Assembly: GCA_963668675.2 (NCBI GenBank)
Contig: CAXXMB010000002.1
Location: forward strand, 2,880,001-2,944,000
DNA from: an uncultured Desulfatitalea sp.
GTDB taxonomy: Bacteria; Desulfobacterota; Desulfobacteria; Desulfobacterales; Desulfosarcinaceae
DNA: 64,000 bases
Reading direction: 5' to 3'
Shown here: positions 20,973 through 32,229 of the stretch, in pieces
Position numbering within the stretch: the stretch's first letter is position 1
How the letters are laid out: each line of letters begins with the position of its first letter
Made by a program: the position numbers and the translations under genes
Notes under the pieces: model-generated
Seen by the model: the letters and a program-made list of their open reading frames with translations, nothing else
Databases searched by the model: none
What the model was told of the DNA's origin: nothing

Positions 20973-21194
20973 AAATATTTGCGTCATTCTAACCTGTCCA
21001 ATGTATACTGCCGTTTAGTAGTATTATTAGACAGCATATTTAATTAATTGGTAAGCTGAATCCGATAAATTGATTTGTTTTCTTCATAATGGCTAGAAAT
21101 TATGGCGATTATATATCGTTTTAAGATTTATTTTGGGCAGTAATGATATCGGACAAAATATAAGACGTTCGAAGAATGTAAAGGAGAATAAAAG

Positions 21195-21950
21195 ATGGAC
21201 CTTGAGGGGCAGGTAGCAATTGTAACGGGTGGGTCTAGAGGAATCGGCAGAAGCATTTCACTGGCTCTTGCCGAATGCGGGGCAAATGTGGTTATAAATT
21301 ATCGTAAGGATGAAGAATCAGCAAAAAAAATTGCAGGCGAAATTAGAAAGACAGGCAGGAATGTTCTACTGCTTTCTGGTGATGTATCCACCTGGAATGT
21401 TGCCGAAATGTTAATGAAAGAGACTGCCCAGAGATTTGGCAGAATTGATATCCTCGTGAACAATGCCGGAATCGCATCCCGAGGCAGGTTTGTTCAAGTT
21501 ACGGATATTGAAGAATGGAATATTGTCTTGTCAACTAATCTATATTCGGTCTTTAACTGTTCGAAAGCTGTGCTACCTTATATGCGTAGTTCAAAAAAAG
21601 GTAATATTATAAATATTTCTTCTATTTCCGCAAAGCTGCTACAGGCGGGACATGGCCCATATGCCGTGTCCAAGGCTGGTGTTGAAGCTTTAACCAAAGT
21701 ATTAGCAAAAGAGGAAGGGCCTAACGGAATTCGGGTTAATGCGATTGCACCCGGGATTGTTAAAACGGATATGGGTAATCGATTGATGCAAGCAATGGGA
21801 GATGAATTAGTGCAAGTGACACTGGTCAATACGCCTCTTGAGCGGATTGCATATCCGCGCGATATCAGTAATTTAGCAGTATTCTTAGTATCAGATAAAG
21901 CATCCTACATTACAGGTAAAATCATCCATGTGGACGGTGGAACCATTTAG
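21195..21950 (+). CDS. SDR oxidoreductase (FabG-like)
   Basis: TGGSRGIG, NNAG, YAVSK. Confidence 0.93.
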   Translation: MDLEGQVAIVTGGSRGIGRSISLALAECGANVVINYRKDEESAKKIAGEIRKTGRNVLLLSGDVSTWNVAEMLMKETAQRFGRIDILVNNAGIASRGRFVQVTDIEEWNIVLSTNLYSVFNCSKAVLPYMRSSKKGNIINISSISAKLLQAGHGPYAVSKAGVEALTKVLAKEEGPNGIRVNAIAPGIVKTDMGNRLMQAMGDELVQVTLVNTPLERIAYPRDISNLAVFLVSDKASYITGKIIHVDGGTI

Positions 21951-21970
21951 TTAGTTTTTTACGTACCTAT

Positions 21971-23566
21971 TAGCCTGTAGGAGAATTGACAAGCTTCAAT
22001 TTTCTCTAAAAAATTATAACCTTTGGAATAATAGTAGAATTGAGCTATTTTAATGCTTATGATAAATCAATTTCGCTTTCGACCCTATAATCCGGATCAA
22101 TTAATGTTGTTTGCCCCTGACCTTAAGCAGTGGCTGCCAGAAGATGATCTGGTCTACTTCATTATTGATGTTATTAATGAGCTGGATCTTGAGCCTATTT
22201 ATCGTCAATATAGCCGGGGCAAAGGTGGTCAACCACCGTATCATCCAAAAATGATGGTAGGCCTTTTGCTATATGCCTATTGCTTTGGGCTACCCAGTTC
22301 GCGCAAGATTGAACAGGCCACATATCATTCAATTGCCTTCAGGGTTCTTCCAGCAAATCAACACCCGGATCATGATACGATTGCTGCTTTTCGAAAGCAG
22401 CATCTTCAGCCGTTGTCCAAGTTATTTTTAGCCAGTTTACAATTGTGTCAAAAGGCCGGATTGGTCAACCTGGGCCATGTATCTTTGGACGGTACCAAGG
22501 ACCGTGCCAATGCCTCCCGGCACAAGGCTATGAGCTACCAGCGCACGGACGATAAAATCAGCAAACTGGAAGCACAAGTGCACACGCTGCTCAATGAAGC
22601 TGAAGCCTGTGACCGACATGAGGATACGCTCTACGGTAAAGGCAGGCGCAGGGACCAACTGCCTGAGCAACTTCAGTTTAGAAAATCGCGTCTGGAACGT
22701 ATCCGTGAGGCAAAAAAAGTAATTGAACAAGAGTCTCAAGACAACTTCATAATACAGCAAGAAGAATATAGGAAAAAACTCAAAGCTAAAGAACAGCGCT
22801 CGGACCACCGTGGCCGCCCCCCAAAAGCACCTTCGGGAAAACCTGATCCAAAGCGACAATTTAACTTCACCGATCCGGATTCCAGGATAATGGTTGATGG
22901 CGCAACGAAGAGCTTTCAACAAAGCTACAACTGTCAAGCCGTCGTTGATAACAAAGCCCAGGTAATCTTAGCATCCGGGGTTACCCAGCAGACCAACGAC
23001 AAGTTACAAGTAAAACCGTTGATAAAAACCGTAATGGCCAACGTAGGTAAGGTCCCGGAAAAACTTAGTGCAGATGCCGGTTACTTTAGCGAGGACAACT
23101 GCAGCTATTTACAAACAGAAAAAATTAATGCGTACATTGCGACCGAAAAAACCAATAAACATGCAAATGCCGAGGCACCACGAGGTCGGATATCGAAAAA
23201 TGCTTCTATCACTGAACGCATGACCCGAAAGCTTCAAACGATTAAGGGGCGGTTAGTTTATGCAAAACGCAAACATATTGTCGAGCCGGTTTTCGGCCAA
23301 ATCAAAGAAGCCAGGCAATTTCGACGATTCAGCTTCCGAGGAATAAAAAATGTATCGGCCAAGTGGGATATCGTCTGTTTGACCCATAATTTCTTGAAGC
23401 TGTATCGTAGCGGTTGGCGGCCATTGCCCATATATGATAGCTACACTCGGAAAGATGCACAAAATTGCCTCATAGCAAGTGCATCAAATACGTTTTGATG
23501 TGTGACCGATTTTCAAAGAGCTTTCTGATTTAATGTCGACAGCCTTAACGGTTCTCCGACAAGCTC
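21971..23566 (+). mobile_element. IS1182-family insertion sequence
   Basis: IRs TAGCCTGTAGGAGAA and revcomp GAGCTTGTCGGAGAA; flanks ACCTAT and ATAGGT. Confidence 0.85.
22053..23498 (+). CDS. IS1182 transposase
   Basis: GQPPYHPKMM..LLLYAY, SSRKIE, PDHDTI, DGTK, TDPDSR, ADAGY, VEPVFGQIK. Confidence 0.93.
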   Translation: MLMINQFRFRPYNPDQLMLFAPDLKQWLPEDDLVYFIIDVINELDLEPIYRQYSRGKGGQPPYHPKMMVGLLLYAYCFGLPSSRKIEQATYHSIAFRVLPANQHPDHDTIAAFRKQHLQPLSKLFLASLQLCQKAGLVNLGHVSLDGTKDRANASRHKAMSYQRTDDKISKLEAQVHTLLNEAEACDRHEDTLYGKGRRRDQLPEQLQFRKSRLERIREAKKVIEQESQDNFIIQQEEYRKKLKAKEQRSDHRGRPPKAPSGKPDPKRQFNFTDPDSRIMVDGATKSFQQSYNCQAVVDNKAQVILASGVTQQTNDKLQVKPLIKTVMANVGKVPEKLSADAGYFSEDNCSYLQTEKINAYIATEKTNKHANAEAPRGRISKNASITERMTRKLQTIKGRLVYAKRKHIVEPVFGQIKEARQFRRFSFRGIKNVSAKWDIVCLTHNFLKLYRSGWRPLPIYDSYTRKDAQNCLIASASNTF

Positions 23567-23683
23567 ATAGGTCTGTTTTTTTATAGATTCCTTATAGTGA
23601 AAAGTGCTTCACAAAAGACCAAACAATAAGGAGATTATCGATATTCACTATTAATAAATTTAACAAAAAAGGGGTAAAATGAG

Positions 23684-24820
23684 ATGGGTCCACTGGAGGG
23701 GATAAAAGTTATAGAATTCGGTGGCATCGGAGCCGTGCCATTCTGCGCCCAAATGCTGGCTGATATGGGAGCAAAAATTATACGCATTGAAAGAGAGGGT
23801 GGTCCAATTGCCAGACTAGGTGACCCAAAATTCAATATATGGTTCCGAAATAGAAGTTCAATCTTTATTAATTTCAAAAAGACGGAAAGCAAGGCGGTGA
23901 TCTTTAGATTAATCGAAAGCGCAGATGCTACTATTGAAGGCTTTCGGCCTGGCGTTATGGAAAAATTAGGACTAGGACCGGATGAATGTACTAAGTGCAA
24001 TCCTAGATTAATTTACGGTCGACTAACAGGATATGGGCAGGAAGGCCCTTTATGCATGGCCGCTGGGCATGACATTAACTATTTGGCACTTTCAGGAGGT
24101 CTACACGCGATAGGACACCCGACCAGCCGTCCGGTGCCTCCTTTGAATTTGTTAGCAGACTTAGGAGGCGGAGGACTCATGATGGCATTCGGAATCGTTT
24201 GCGCAATCCTTGAGAGGCAAAGGTCAGGAAAGGGTCAGGTGGTGGACGCTGCCATGCTTGATGGTTGTATCGCAATGCTTGGCGCATTCTATGGGTGGTG
24301 GGCCGGAGGGATATGGCAGGATAAGCGCGGCGTGAATCTTTTAGACAGTGGTGCTCCTTTTTACGATACATACGAAACATCTGATGAAAAATACATCGCC
24401 GTAGGGGCGATCGAACCAGAATATTACAAATCGTTGTTGGAACATGCAGGGGTTCATGATGTTGAGCCCGAAGATCAAATGATAACTGATCAATGGCCGG
24501 CGGTTCGAGAGAAACTATCCAAGGTGTTTAAATCGAAGACACAGGAGGAATGGTGCGTTATTATGAAAGGATTTGAAACATGTTTTGCCCCAGTATTGTC
24601 ATTCAGGCAAGCCATCCAACATCCCCATAATGTTATGCGTAAGTCATTCGTCGATATTGAAGATGTCATACAACCGGCGCCTGTACCGCGGTTTTCACGA
24701 ACCCATCCCGAGATTACCATTCCTCCAAAACAACCTGGTATTGGGGCATTGAAAGGGTTATTGGAATGGGGTATTTCTCCTGATGAGATAACAGCTTGGA
24801 AAAATGCAAACATACTGTAA
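23684..24820 (+). CDS. Alpha-methylacyl-CoA racemase-like family III CoA-transferase (CaiB/BaiF)
   Basis: EGFRPGVMEKLGLGP, GHDINYLALSG, PPLNLLADLGGG, APFYDTY, PAPVPRFSRT. Confidence 0.9.
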   Translation: MGPLEGIKVIEFGGIGAVPFCAQMLADMGAKIIRIEREGGPIARLGDPKFNIWFRNRSSIFINFKKTESKAVIFRLIESADATIEGFRPGVMEKLGLGPDECTKCNPRLIYGRLTGYGQEGPLCMAAGHDINYLALSGGLHAIGHPTSRPVPPLNLLADLGGGGLMMAFGIVCAILERQRSGKGQVVDAAMLDGCIAMLGAFYGWWAGGIWQDKRGVNLLDSGAPFYDTYETSDEKYIAVGAIEPEYYKSLLEHAGVHDVEPEDQMITDQWPAVREKLSKVFKSKTQEEWCVIMKGFETCFAPVLSFRQAIQHPHNVMRKSFVDIEDVIQPAPVPRFSRTHPEITIPPKQPGIGALKGLLEWGISPDEITAWKNANIL

Positions 24821-24822
24821 TA

Positions 24823-26097
24823 CAATTCTGTCCGGTTAAAAATTATTAAAGACTAACTGCCTGTTATTATGTTTAATATTTGCATTTAATAGTGGAGGTT
24901 CAAACAACTCCTTCAGTGAACATCTTCTAAACATATTGAGTTGGATTACTCGTAGTAGGTTTTGCAAACTTACAGATATCTTGGCTATAAACTTAAACAT
25001 GCACAGCAGAAGGTATGCGATCAAAGCAACATAAACCTACGTCATTACAGCACTTTGAGATTCGCCGATGAATGCTTTAATCTTGAGGTTCTGTTTGATC
25101 CAGCGAAAGAATATCTCAATTTGCCAACGCTCTTTGTAGATATCAGCAATTTTTTTAGCTAACAGTTTGAAATTGTTCGTAAGAAATACGTAGTGTTTTT
25201 TTGTTTGAGGATCTCGGTATCCGACTCTGCGCAAAGGATGTGGGCACAAATGACCCTTGGTGCCGGATAGCAAGATGGTTTGATCTGAGCATAGTTCTTG
25301 CTTTTTGTTAACGCCCCTTCGTTGAATCACTTTGTACACGGCGTTGGTCTTTTGCCGGGTAACGAAGAAGATGCCATTTTGCTGTAGTTGGGCGAACCAA
25401 GCATAGTCTGTGTATGCATGATCCTCGGCAACGATGGAGCCTTTTGGAAGTTTGATAGTTGAAGCAACCTTGGATTCATGCTTTTTGCCATCAGTAATCG
25501 AAACAAATGCGGGCAGATAACCGCCGTGATTCATGAGTGTATGGACCTTAGTGGCTGACTTTGTGCGCCGAAATGAGGCCCAGGGAAACGCCCCAAGGCT
25601 CAGGTCAATTACGGGTGCATCAAGACTGTACAGCTCGTTTTGGAATTTGAACTTATATTTCGATGATATCATCCCCGGCAACGTTGGTAGAACTTTTTAA
25701 ATAGCGCTTCGTATAATGAAGCAAGCCGCATGGCATTGGCATCTGCAAAGGTTGACCTGGCTACGGGTTTTGCCCCTAAATGATACAGGTTTTTGAATCT
25801 GGAATTCATAGATTGGATGCCATCACGAAGGCTTGATCTGCCAGTCAGTTGCATGAACATCAAATGAACGAACTGGTTCCATCTGCTAAAATCACGCGCT
25901 TTTCGCCCTGTGCCGTGCTGGTTTTAAAGGGCGTCAAATTGATGTCTCGGAATAAAGTTTAGCATCGAATGAAAGAGTGTGTTATTATGGGCCATGGCTT
26001 GAATCTCCTTTTGATTCTAATGTGTTATCGATAAACCCATTATAACAAAAGAAGAGGTTCAAGCCTATCTTTTTACTTCCTTAACCGGACACTACTG
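24823..26097 (-). mobile_element. IS4-family element with decayed transposase (about 25995-24836)
   Basis: IRs CAATTCTGTCCGGTTAA and revcomp CAGTAGTGTCCGGTTAA; 9-bp TSD ACTGTAATA (24814-24822, 26098-26106); YKERWQIEIFFRWIKQNLKIK motif; stops and frameshifts. Confidence 0.92.
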
Positions 26098-26319
26098 ACT
26101 GTAATATTATTAATTTTTTGGAAGCTTGATTACTGCATCGACAAACCGCATATGAGAAACTCCATGACGGATTAGCCGATGAATTACTCGCCAGGTTAAA
26201 GAAAACTTCACCCGCCCTTGATGTCGTCTATATTCAAGCGAAGCGTTGGGATAATCATCCAAAGAGGCGTCTATATGCCATGCAGTTTGCACACGCACCT
26301 CAGACACAAGGCGCAAACA

Positions 26320-26566
26320 GTGGAAACGAGCGAAAACGCCCTATGCATCCAAATTTGGGCAGCATTAATCGCCATGCTGTTGATCAGGTATCTCCAATTC
26401 AAATTCAAGTTCAAGTGGTCACTATGAATATGGTGACCTTCTTAAGGTGGAACCTTTTTACTTACAGAAACTTATGGGAATGGGTCGACGATCCTTTTGA
26501 CGTTCTTCCCATAACGCCTCAACCTGTCATACAGCTACTGCCATTCAAAGGCCTTGGACAGCAGTG
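26320..26566 (+). pseudogene. 3' remnant of a second IS4-family transposase with terminal IR
   Basis: TSENALCIQIWAALIAMLL...LRWNLFTYRNLWEWVDDPF; ends in TTGGACAGCAGTG. Confidence 0.7.
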
Positions 26567-26601
26567 ATGATGTATAAATGACAAATTAATCAGGGGGAAG
26601 A

Positions 26602-29600
26602 ATGAACGATATTATCCAGCCGTATCGACCGACCAATAATGTAAGGGTGGTCACGGCCACATCACTTTTCGACGGCCACGATGTCTCCATCAACATTTTC
26701 AGGCGTATATTGCAGAGCACCGGGGTGGAGGTGATCCATCTGGGGCACAACCGTTCCGTCAAGGAGATAGTGGACGCCGCCATCGAGGAGGACGCCCAAG
26801 GCATCGCCATATCCAGTTACCAGGGCGGCCACATGGAGTTTTTCACCTATATGGTGGATCTTTTAAAAGCGGGCGGCGCTCACCACATCAAGGTGTTCGG
26901 CGGTGGCGGAGGGGTGATTGTCCCCGAAGAGATCAAGGAACTGGAAGCCTACGGCGTGTCCAAGATCTACTCGCCAGAAGACGGCGCCCGCATGGGGCTG
27001 CAGGGCATCATCAACCACATGGTCGAATTGATGGATTTTTCTAAGACCGACCAAGTGTCTCTGGATCTTTCCGATGTCCAGTCGGACAACAAGCTGCGGG
27101 TGGCCAGCCTGATCACATTGGTGGAGCAGGCCAAGGCCAGGGAGAACGGCCACCTTGCCAATTTCCGCAAGGCGCTGAAAAAGAAGATCGGCAATCGAAA
27201 GGTGCCGGTCATCGGAATTACCGGCACTGGCGGTGCCGGAAAATCTTCGTTGACCGACGAACTGATCCTGCGCATGCTCCACGACCTCAAGGATGTGCGG
27301 ATCGCCATCATCAGTGCCGACCCCTCCCGGCGCAAAACCGGTGGGGCATTGTTGGGCGACCGTATCCGCATGAACGCCATCGGGAACCCGAGGGTTTACA
27401 TGCGCTCCATCGCCACACGGCGCTCCAATACGGAGATTCCCGAGGCCATGGGTGATGTGCTTGATCTGGTGAAGGCCGCCGGCTTTGATATCGTCATTGC
27501 GGAAACCGCCGGTATCGGCCAGGGGGATTCGCACATCATCGACCTAGTGGACCTGTCCATTTATGTGATGACCAGCGATTTCGGGGCGGCCTCCCAACTG
27601 GAGAAGATCGATATGCTTGACTTCGCCGACCTGGTGGTTGTCAACAAGTTCGAAAAGCGAGGCGGCGAAGACGCGGTACGTGAAGTGCGCAAGCAGCTGC
27701 AGCGCAACCGCCAGGCTTTCGATCTGAGTCCGGACGAGATGCCGGTTTATGGCACAATCGCCTCCAAGTTCAATGACGACGGCGTCACGTCCTTGTATCA
27801 TGCACTATTGGACACCATCACGGAAAAGACAGGCGTGGCCTTCGCGTCGAGTCTGCCGCGCCCCGCCACCAGGCAGTCGACCTCCAAGACCATCATCATT
27901 CCGCCCGAACGCACTCGCTACCTGGCCGAAATCGCCGAAACGGTGAGAAACTACCACAGCCAGACCCAAACCCAGGCCGAGGTCATGCGCCGGGTTTGGC
28001 ATTTGGAAGAGGCCGCCAGAAGCTTGACCGACGGTGACCTCGCCGGCGATGCCGCCGCTGTGCTGGATCCCCTCAAAAGGGAAGTTGACGTGGCGCGCCA
28101 GCATCTGGAAGACGAAACGGAAAAGCTGGTTGAACAGTGGGCTGAGACCAAGACGGCCTATTCCGGCGACGAACTGGTCTACACCGTGCGGGGTAAAGAG
28201 ATTCGGGTGCCTCTTTTCACCGAATCACTCTCCCGCCAGAAGATTCCAAAAATCTCCCTTCCGCGCTTCACCGACCCCGGTGAAATTTACAGTTGGATGC
28301 GCAGGGAGAATCTGCCCGGATTCTTTCCATTCACCGCCGGCGTCTTTCCAATGAAGCGGGTAGGGGAGGACCCCACACGAATGTTCGCCGGCGAGGGGGA
28401 CCCGGCGCGCACCAATCGCCGCTTCAAGCTGCTGTCGGATGGCAGTGAGGCCAAGCGGCTCTCCACGGCCTTCGATTCGGTGACGCTCTATGGCTACGAC
28501 CCGGACCGTCGGCCTGACATTTACGGAAAGGTGGGCAACTCGGGCGTTAGTGTCTGCACTATCGATGACGTTAAGGTGCTCTATGACGGGTTTGAGTTGT
28601 GCACCCCCAACACCTCGGTCTCCATGACCATCAACGGGCCGGCGCCCATCATGTTGGCCATGTTTCTCAACACGGCCATCGACCAACAGGTGGACAAATT
28701 CGTCCGGGGAGAGGGCCGGCAGCCATCCGCCGAACAATACGAAAAGATCAAGGCCATGGTCCTTGAAAACGTGCGCGGCACCGTACAGGCAGACATCCTC
28801 AAGGAGGACCAGGGGCAAAACACCTGTATCTTTTCCATCGATTTTGCCTTGAAGATGATGGGGGACATCCAAGAATACTTCATCGAAAAGAATGTGCGCA
28901 ACTTCTACTCGGTGTCCATCTCCGGGTACCACATCGCCGAGGCGGGGGCCAATCCCATCAGTCAGCTGGCCTTTACCCTGGCCAACGGGTTCACCTACCT
29001 GGAATACTATCTGTCCCGGGGCATGCCGCTGGATAGTTTTGCACCGAACCTCTCCTTTTTCTTCTCCAATGGCATGGACCCCGAATATACGGTCATCGGC
29101 CGGGTGGCCCGCCGTATCTGGGCCATTGCCCTGCGGGAGAAGTACGGGGCGTCGGTGCGCAGCCAGATGTTGAAATACCATATCCAGACCTCCGGCCGCA
29201 GCCTACACAGCCAGGATATCCAGTTCAACGACATCCGCACCACCCTGCAGGCCTTATGTGCCATTTATGACAACGCCCAGAGCCTGCATACCAATGCCTT
29301 CGATGAGGCCATCACCACGCCCACGGAAGAGTCGGTGCGCCGGGCCCTGGCCATCCAGCAGATCATCAACCACGAGTGGGGCTTGGCCAAGAACGAGAAC
29401 CCATACCAGGGCAGCTTCATCGTGGACGACCTCACCGATCTGGTGGAGGAGGCCGTGCTCATGGAGTACGACAAGATCACTGCCCGCGGCGGGGTGCTGG
29501 GGGCCATGGAGACCGGCTACCAGCGCAGCAAGATCCAGGAAGAATCCATGTACTACGAGATGCTCAAGCACACCGGCGAGTATCCTATCGTGGGCGTCAA

Positions 29601-29889
29601 CACCTTCCGGGATCCTCATGCTGAAGGTGCGGATTTATTCGAAGGGGCCGCATGCATCGAACTGGCACGGGCCACTACTGAGGAGAAGGAGTCACAGCTG
29701 TCCCGGCTCAAGGATTTCCACACCCGGCACGGGGACAAGGCTCCCGGTGCGCTTGAGCGTTTGCAAAAGGTGGCCCTTTCCGGCGGAAACATCTTCGCCG
29801 AGTTGATGGTGACGGTCAAGACTTGCAGCCTTTGGCAGATTACCGCTGCGCTGTATGAGGTGGGCGGGCAATATAGGCGGAATATGTAG
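26602..29889 (+). CDS. icmF: Fused isobutyryl-CoA mutase / MeaB-like GTPase
   Basis: N-terminal B12-binding [13 protein letters not shown] GTPase, RMFAGEG (Phe specificity position), [18 protein letters not shown]; 1095 aa. Confidence 0.95.
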   Translation: MNDIIQPYRPTNNVRVVTATSLFDGHDVSINIFRRILQSTGVEVIHLGHNRSVKEIVDAAIEEDAQGIAISSYQGGHMEFFTYMVDLLKAGGAHHIKVFGGGGGVIVPEEIKELEAYGVSKIYSPEDGARMGLQGIINHMVELMDFSKTDQVSLDLSDVQSDNKLRVASLITLVEQAKARENGHLANFRKALKKKIGNRKVPVIGITGTGGAGKSSLTDELILRMLHDLKDVRIAIISADPSRRKTGGALLGDRIRMNAIGNPRVYMRSIATRRSNTEIPEAMGDVLDLVKAAGFDIVIAETAGIGQGDSHIIDLVDLSIYVMTSDFGAASQLEKIDMLDFADLVVVNKFEKRGGEDAVREVRKQLQRNRQAFDLSPDEMPVYGTIASKFNDDGVTSLYHALLDTITEKTGVAFASSLPRPATRQSTSKTIIIPPERTRYLAEIAETVRNYHSQTQTQAEVMRRVWHLEEAARSLTDGDLAGDAAAVLDPLKREVDVARQHLEDETEKLVEQWAETKTAYSGDELVYTVRGKEIRVPLFTESLSRQKIPKISLPRFTDPGEIYSWMRRENLPGFFPFTAGVFPMKRVGEDPTRMFAGEGDPARTNRRFKLLSDGSEAKRLSTAFDSVTLYGYDPDRRPDIYGKVGNSGVSVCTIDDVKVLYDGFELCTPNTSVSMTINGPAPIMLAMFLNTAIDQQVDKFVRGEGRQPSAEQYEKIKAMVLENVRGTVQADILKEDQGQNTCIFSIDFALKMMGDIQEYFIEKNVRNFYSVSISGYHIAEAGANPISQLAFTLANGFTYLEYYLSRGMPLDSFAPNLSFFFSNGMDPEYTVIGRVARRIWAIALREKYGASVRSQMLKYHIQTSGRSLHSQDIQFNDIRTTLQALCAIYDNAQSLHTNAFDEAITTPTEESVRRALAIQQIINHEWGLAKNENPYQGSFIVDDLTDLVEEAVLMEYDKITARGGVLGAMETGYQRSKIQEESMYYEMLKHTGEYPIVGVNTFRDPHAEGADLFEGAACIELARATTEEKESQLSRLKDFHTRHGDKAPGALERLQKVALSGGNIFAELMVTVKTCSLWQITAALYEVGGQYRRNM

Positions 29890-29900
29890 GCAAAAGGCTC

Positions 29901-29999
29901 AATTTCGCTGAGCTGATGGACACTGTGAGGGCTTGCTCATTGGGGCAGATCACCTAGGCTTTGTATGAAATTGGCGGGAAATACCGCAGAAACGAATAG
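29901..29999 (+). pseudogene. Diverged copy of the icmF 3' end
   Basis: NFAELMDTVRACSLGQIT*ALYEIGGKYRRNE* versus [32 protein letters not shown]. Confidence 0.85.
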
Positions 30000-30041
30000 A
30001 TACTGATTAACAACACTTAAAAATTATCAAGAGGTATCACT

Positions 30042-31199
30042 ATGCAATTTGAATTGACCAGAGAACAAAAAGAGATACAGAAGGCGGTAAGAGAGTTTGT
30101 AAAAGGCGAATTTAAAAAAGAGCTCATCGAAGAACTCATCGAAAGCCATGCCTATCCGAAAAAGTTATGGAAAAAAGCAGCCGAGCTTGGATTTGTCGGG
30201 ATCCACTATCCAGAGAAATATTCAGGTATGGGACTGGGCTGTCTTGAGAACATCCTAGTGGCTGAAGAGCTAACAAGGGGCGATAGCACCGTCGGAACCT
30301 GTTTGCTGCTGGCCAATTTTGCCTCGGAAATCATTCTGCACAACGGCAGCGAAGAACAAAAGGCCAAATGGCTGCCTAAAGTAGCCGAAGGCGAATGCCT
30401 TTCATGCGGTGCCTTTACCGAACCGAACCACGGATCGGATATCACCACGGTAGACACCACCGCCGTCAAAGAGGGCGATCAGTGGGTGATCAACGGCAAC
30501 AAGATCTTTATCACCAACAGCGGCCCGCTGGCCGGATTATATTGCGTGCTGTGCCTCACCGATCCGGATGCCAAACCCTCTTACCGCGGCTTGAGCCTGA
30601 TTCTGGTTGAAGCCGATAACCCTGGGGTCTCCTACCAAGACGTGGGCCACAAAATGGGCATCTCATTGACTTACACCGCAGAGGTGGTCTTCAAGGATGT
30701 TCGTGTTCCGCTTGAAAATCTCATCGGCGAAAAGAACAAAGGATTTTACCAGCTGCTGCATTTTTTCGATGAGAGCCGCATCCTGGTGGCAGCCCAAGCT
30801 CTGGGTACCGCACAGGGTGCTTTTGACCGCGCCCTGGATTACATCAAGCAGCGTGAGCAGTTTGGTCAAAAGATCGCCCAGTTCCAAGTCAACCGGCACA
30901 AAATTGCCGATATGGCTACCAAAATCGAGTGCGCCCGTTTGCTCACCTACAAGGCAGCCTGGAACTTTGACCAGGGTCGTATCGACCCGCAACTGACCTC
31001 TATGGCCAAAATGTATGCCGCCCGCACCGCTGTAGAGGTGGCCGACGAGGCCATTCAGCTCATGGGCGGCTACGGCTACATGCAAGAGTACGATGTAGAG
31101 CGCTACTATCGGGATGCCAAAATCACCGAAATCTACGAAGGCACCAAAGAGATCCAGAAAAACACCATTGCCGGATCGATCCTAGGCAAAATCAAGTAG
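30042..31199 (+). CDS. Acyl-CoA dehydrogenase
   Basis: TEPNHGSD, INGNKIFIT, MGGYGY, IYEGTKEIQ. Confidence 0.95.
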   Translation: MQFELTREQKEIQKAVREFVKGEFKKELIEELIESHAYPKKLWKKAAELGFVGIHYPEKYSGMGLGCLENILVAEELTRGDSTVGTCLLLANFASEIILHNGSEEQKAKWLPKVAEGECLSCGAFTEPNHGSDITTVDTTAVKEGDQWVINGNKIFITNSGPLAGLYCVLCLTDPDAKPSYRGLSLILVEADNPGVSYQDVGHKMGISLTYTAEVVFKDVRVPLENLIGEKNKGFYQLLHFFDESRILVAAQALGTAQGAFDRALDYIKQREQFGQKIAQFQVNRHKIADMATKIECARLLTYKAAWNFDQGRIDPQLTSMAKMYAARTAVEVADEAIQLMGGYGYMQEYDVERYYRDAKITEIYEGTKEIQKNTIAGSILGKIK

Positions 31200-31386
31200 A
31201 GCTTATTTCGATGCTAAATTTCATCAGTGGCGAGCCAAAGTAACCGCCTCCCTATTATCTATGTCAAAGGGCAGGATGGCGGCGTAGCCCTTGGCAATGC
31301 TATAGCCCAGGTTATTTGATTTCTAAGTAAAAATATATAGGTGCTTTCTTTTGACAATGCCAATTATTGAATGAAGGAGAGAAAAC

Positions 31387-32154
31387 ATGAACATCAACGA
31401 TTGTTTGGCAGTAGTAACTGGCGGTGCTTCAGGACTTGGTGAGGCCACTGTACGAAGAATTGTAGCAGGAGGCGGGAAGGTGGCCATCCTTGATCTGGAT
31501 GATAAACGGGGATTGGCAATTGCAGATGAGTTGGGTGAAAATGTCGTCTTTTTTAAGACCAATGTAATGGATGCCGATTCGGTCCAGGCTGCCGTTGACG
31601 GCATGGTGGAACGTTTTGGCGGCATTAACCTGGCGGTCAACTGCGCCGGTGTGGCCACTCCCATGAAGGTGGTGGGCAAATACGGCCCCATGCCCATTGA
31701 CAAGTTCAATATGGTCATACAGATCAACATCATCGGCACCATGAACGTCATGCGTCTGGCCGCAGAAAAAATGATGGGCAATGAACCGGCGGCCGATAAC
31801 GAAAAAGGGGTGGTGATCAACACTGCATCGGTGGCCGCCTTTGACGGTCAGATCGGCCAGGCGGCCTATTCGGCCTCGAAGGCCGCCGTTGTGGGCATGA
31901 CCCTGCCGGTGGCCAGGGAGTTTGCCGAATACGGCATTCGGGTGATGACCATTGCACCGGGGCTGTTTGAGACGCCCATGATGGATTCGCTGCCGGATCC
32001 GGCCAAAGTGGCCCTGGCACAGATGATGCCCTTTCCCAAGCGGCTGGGCAAACCCCATGAGTTCGCCATGCTGGTTGAACAGATTGTGGAAAATCCAATG
32101 CTGAACGGAGAAACCATTCGATTGGATGCTGCTGTGCGTCTGGCTGCCAAGTAA
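31387..32154 (+). CDS. Type II 3-hydroxyacyl-CoA dehydrogenase (HSD10-like SDR)
   Basis: TGGASGLG, NCAG, ASVAAFDGQIGQAAYSASK, GMTLPVAR, LNGETIRLD. Confidence 0.93.
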   Translation: MNINDCLAVVTGGASGLGEATVRRIVAGGGKVAILDLDDKRGLAIADELGENVVFFKTNVMDADSVQAAVDGMVERFGGINLAVNCAGVATPMKVVGKYGPMPIDKFNMVIQINIIGTMNVMRLAAEKMMGNEPAADNEKGVVINTASVAAFDGQIGQAAYSASKAAVVGMTLPVAREFAEYGIRVMTIAPGLFETPMMDSLPDPAKVALAQMMPFPKRLGKPHEFAMLVEQIVENPMLNGETIRLDAAVRLAAK

Positions 32155-32229
32155 AGAAAATGAAATGAAAAGAGAAATGATCGATCCCATAATCGATCCC
32201 ATATATATGATAGGATCCCACACCACACC

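Noticed and set aside
26863..29819. Many long alternative-frame ORFs over icmF (likewise over IS66, SNF2 and res)
   Set aside because: Shadow ORFs expected in GC-rich coding DNA.
32180..32203. Tandem ATCGATCCCATA x2
   Set aside because: Only two copies near a truncated IS end; likely a slippage or deletion scar with no supportable function.
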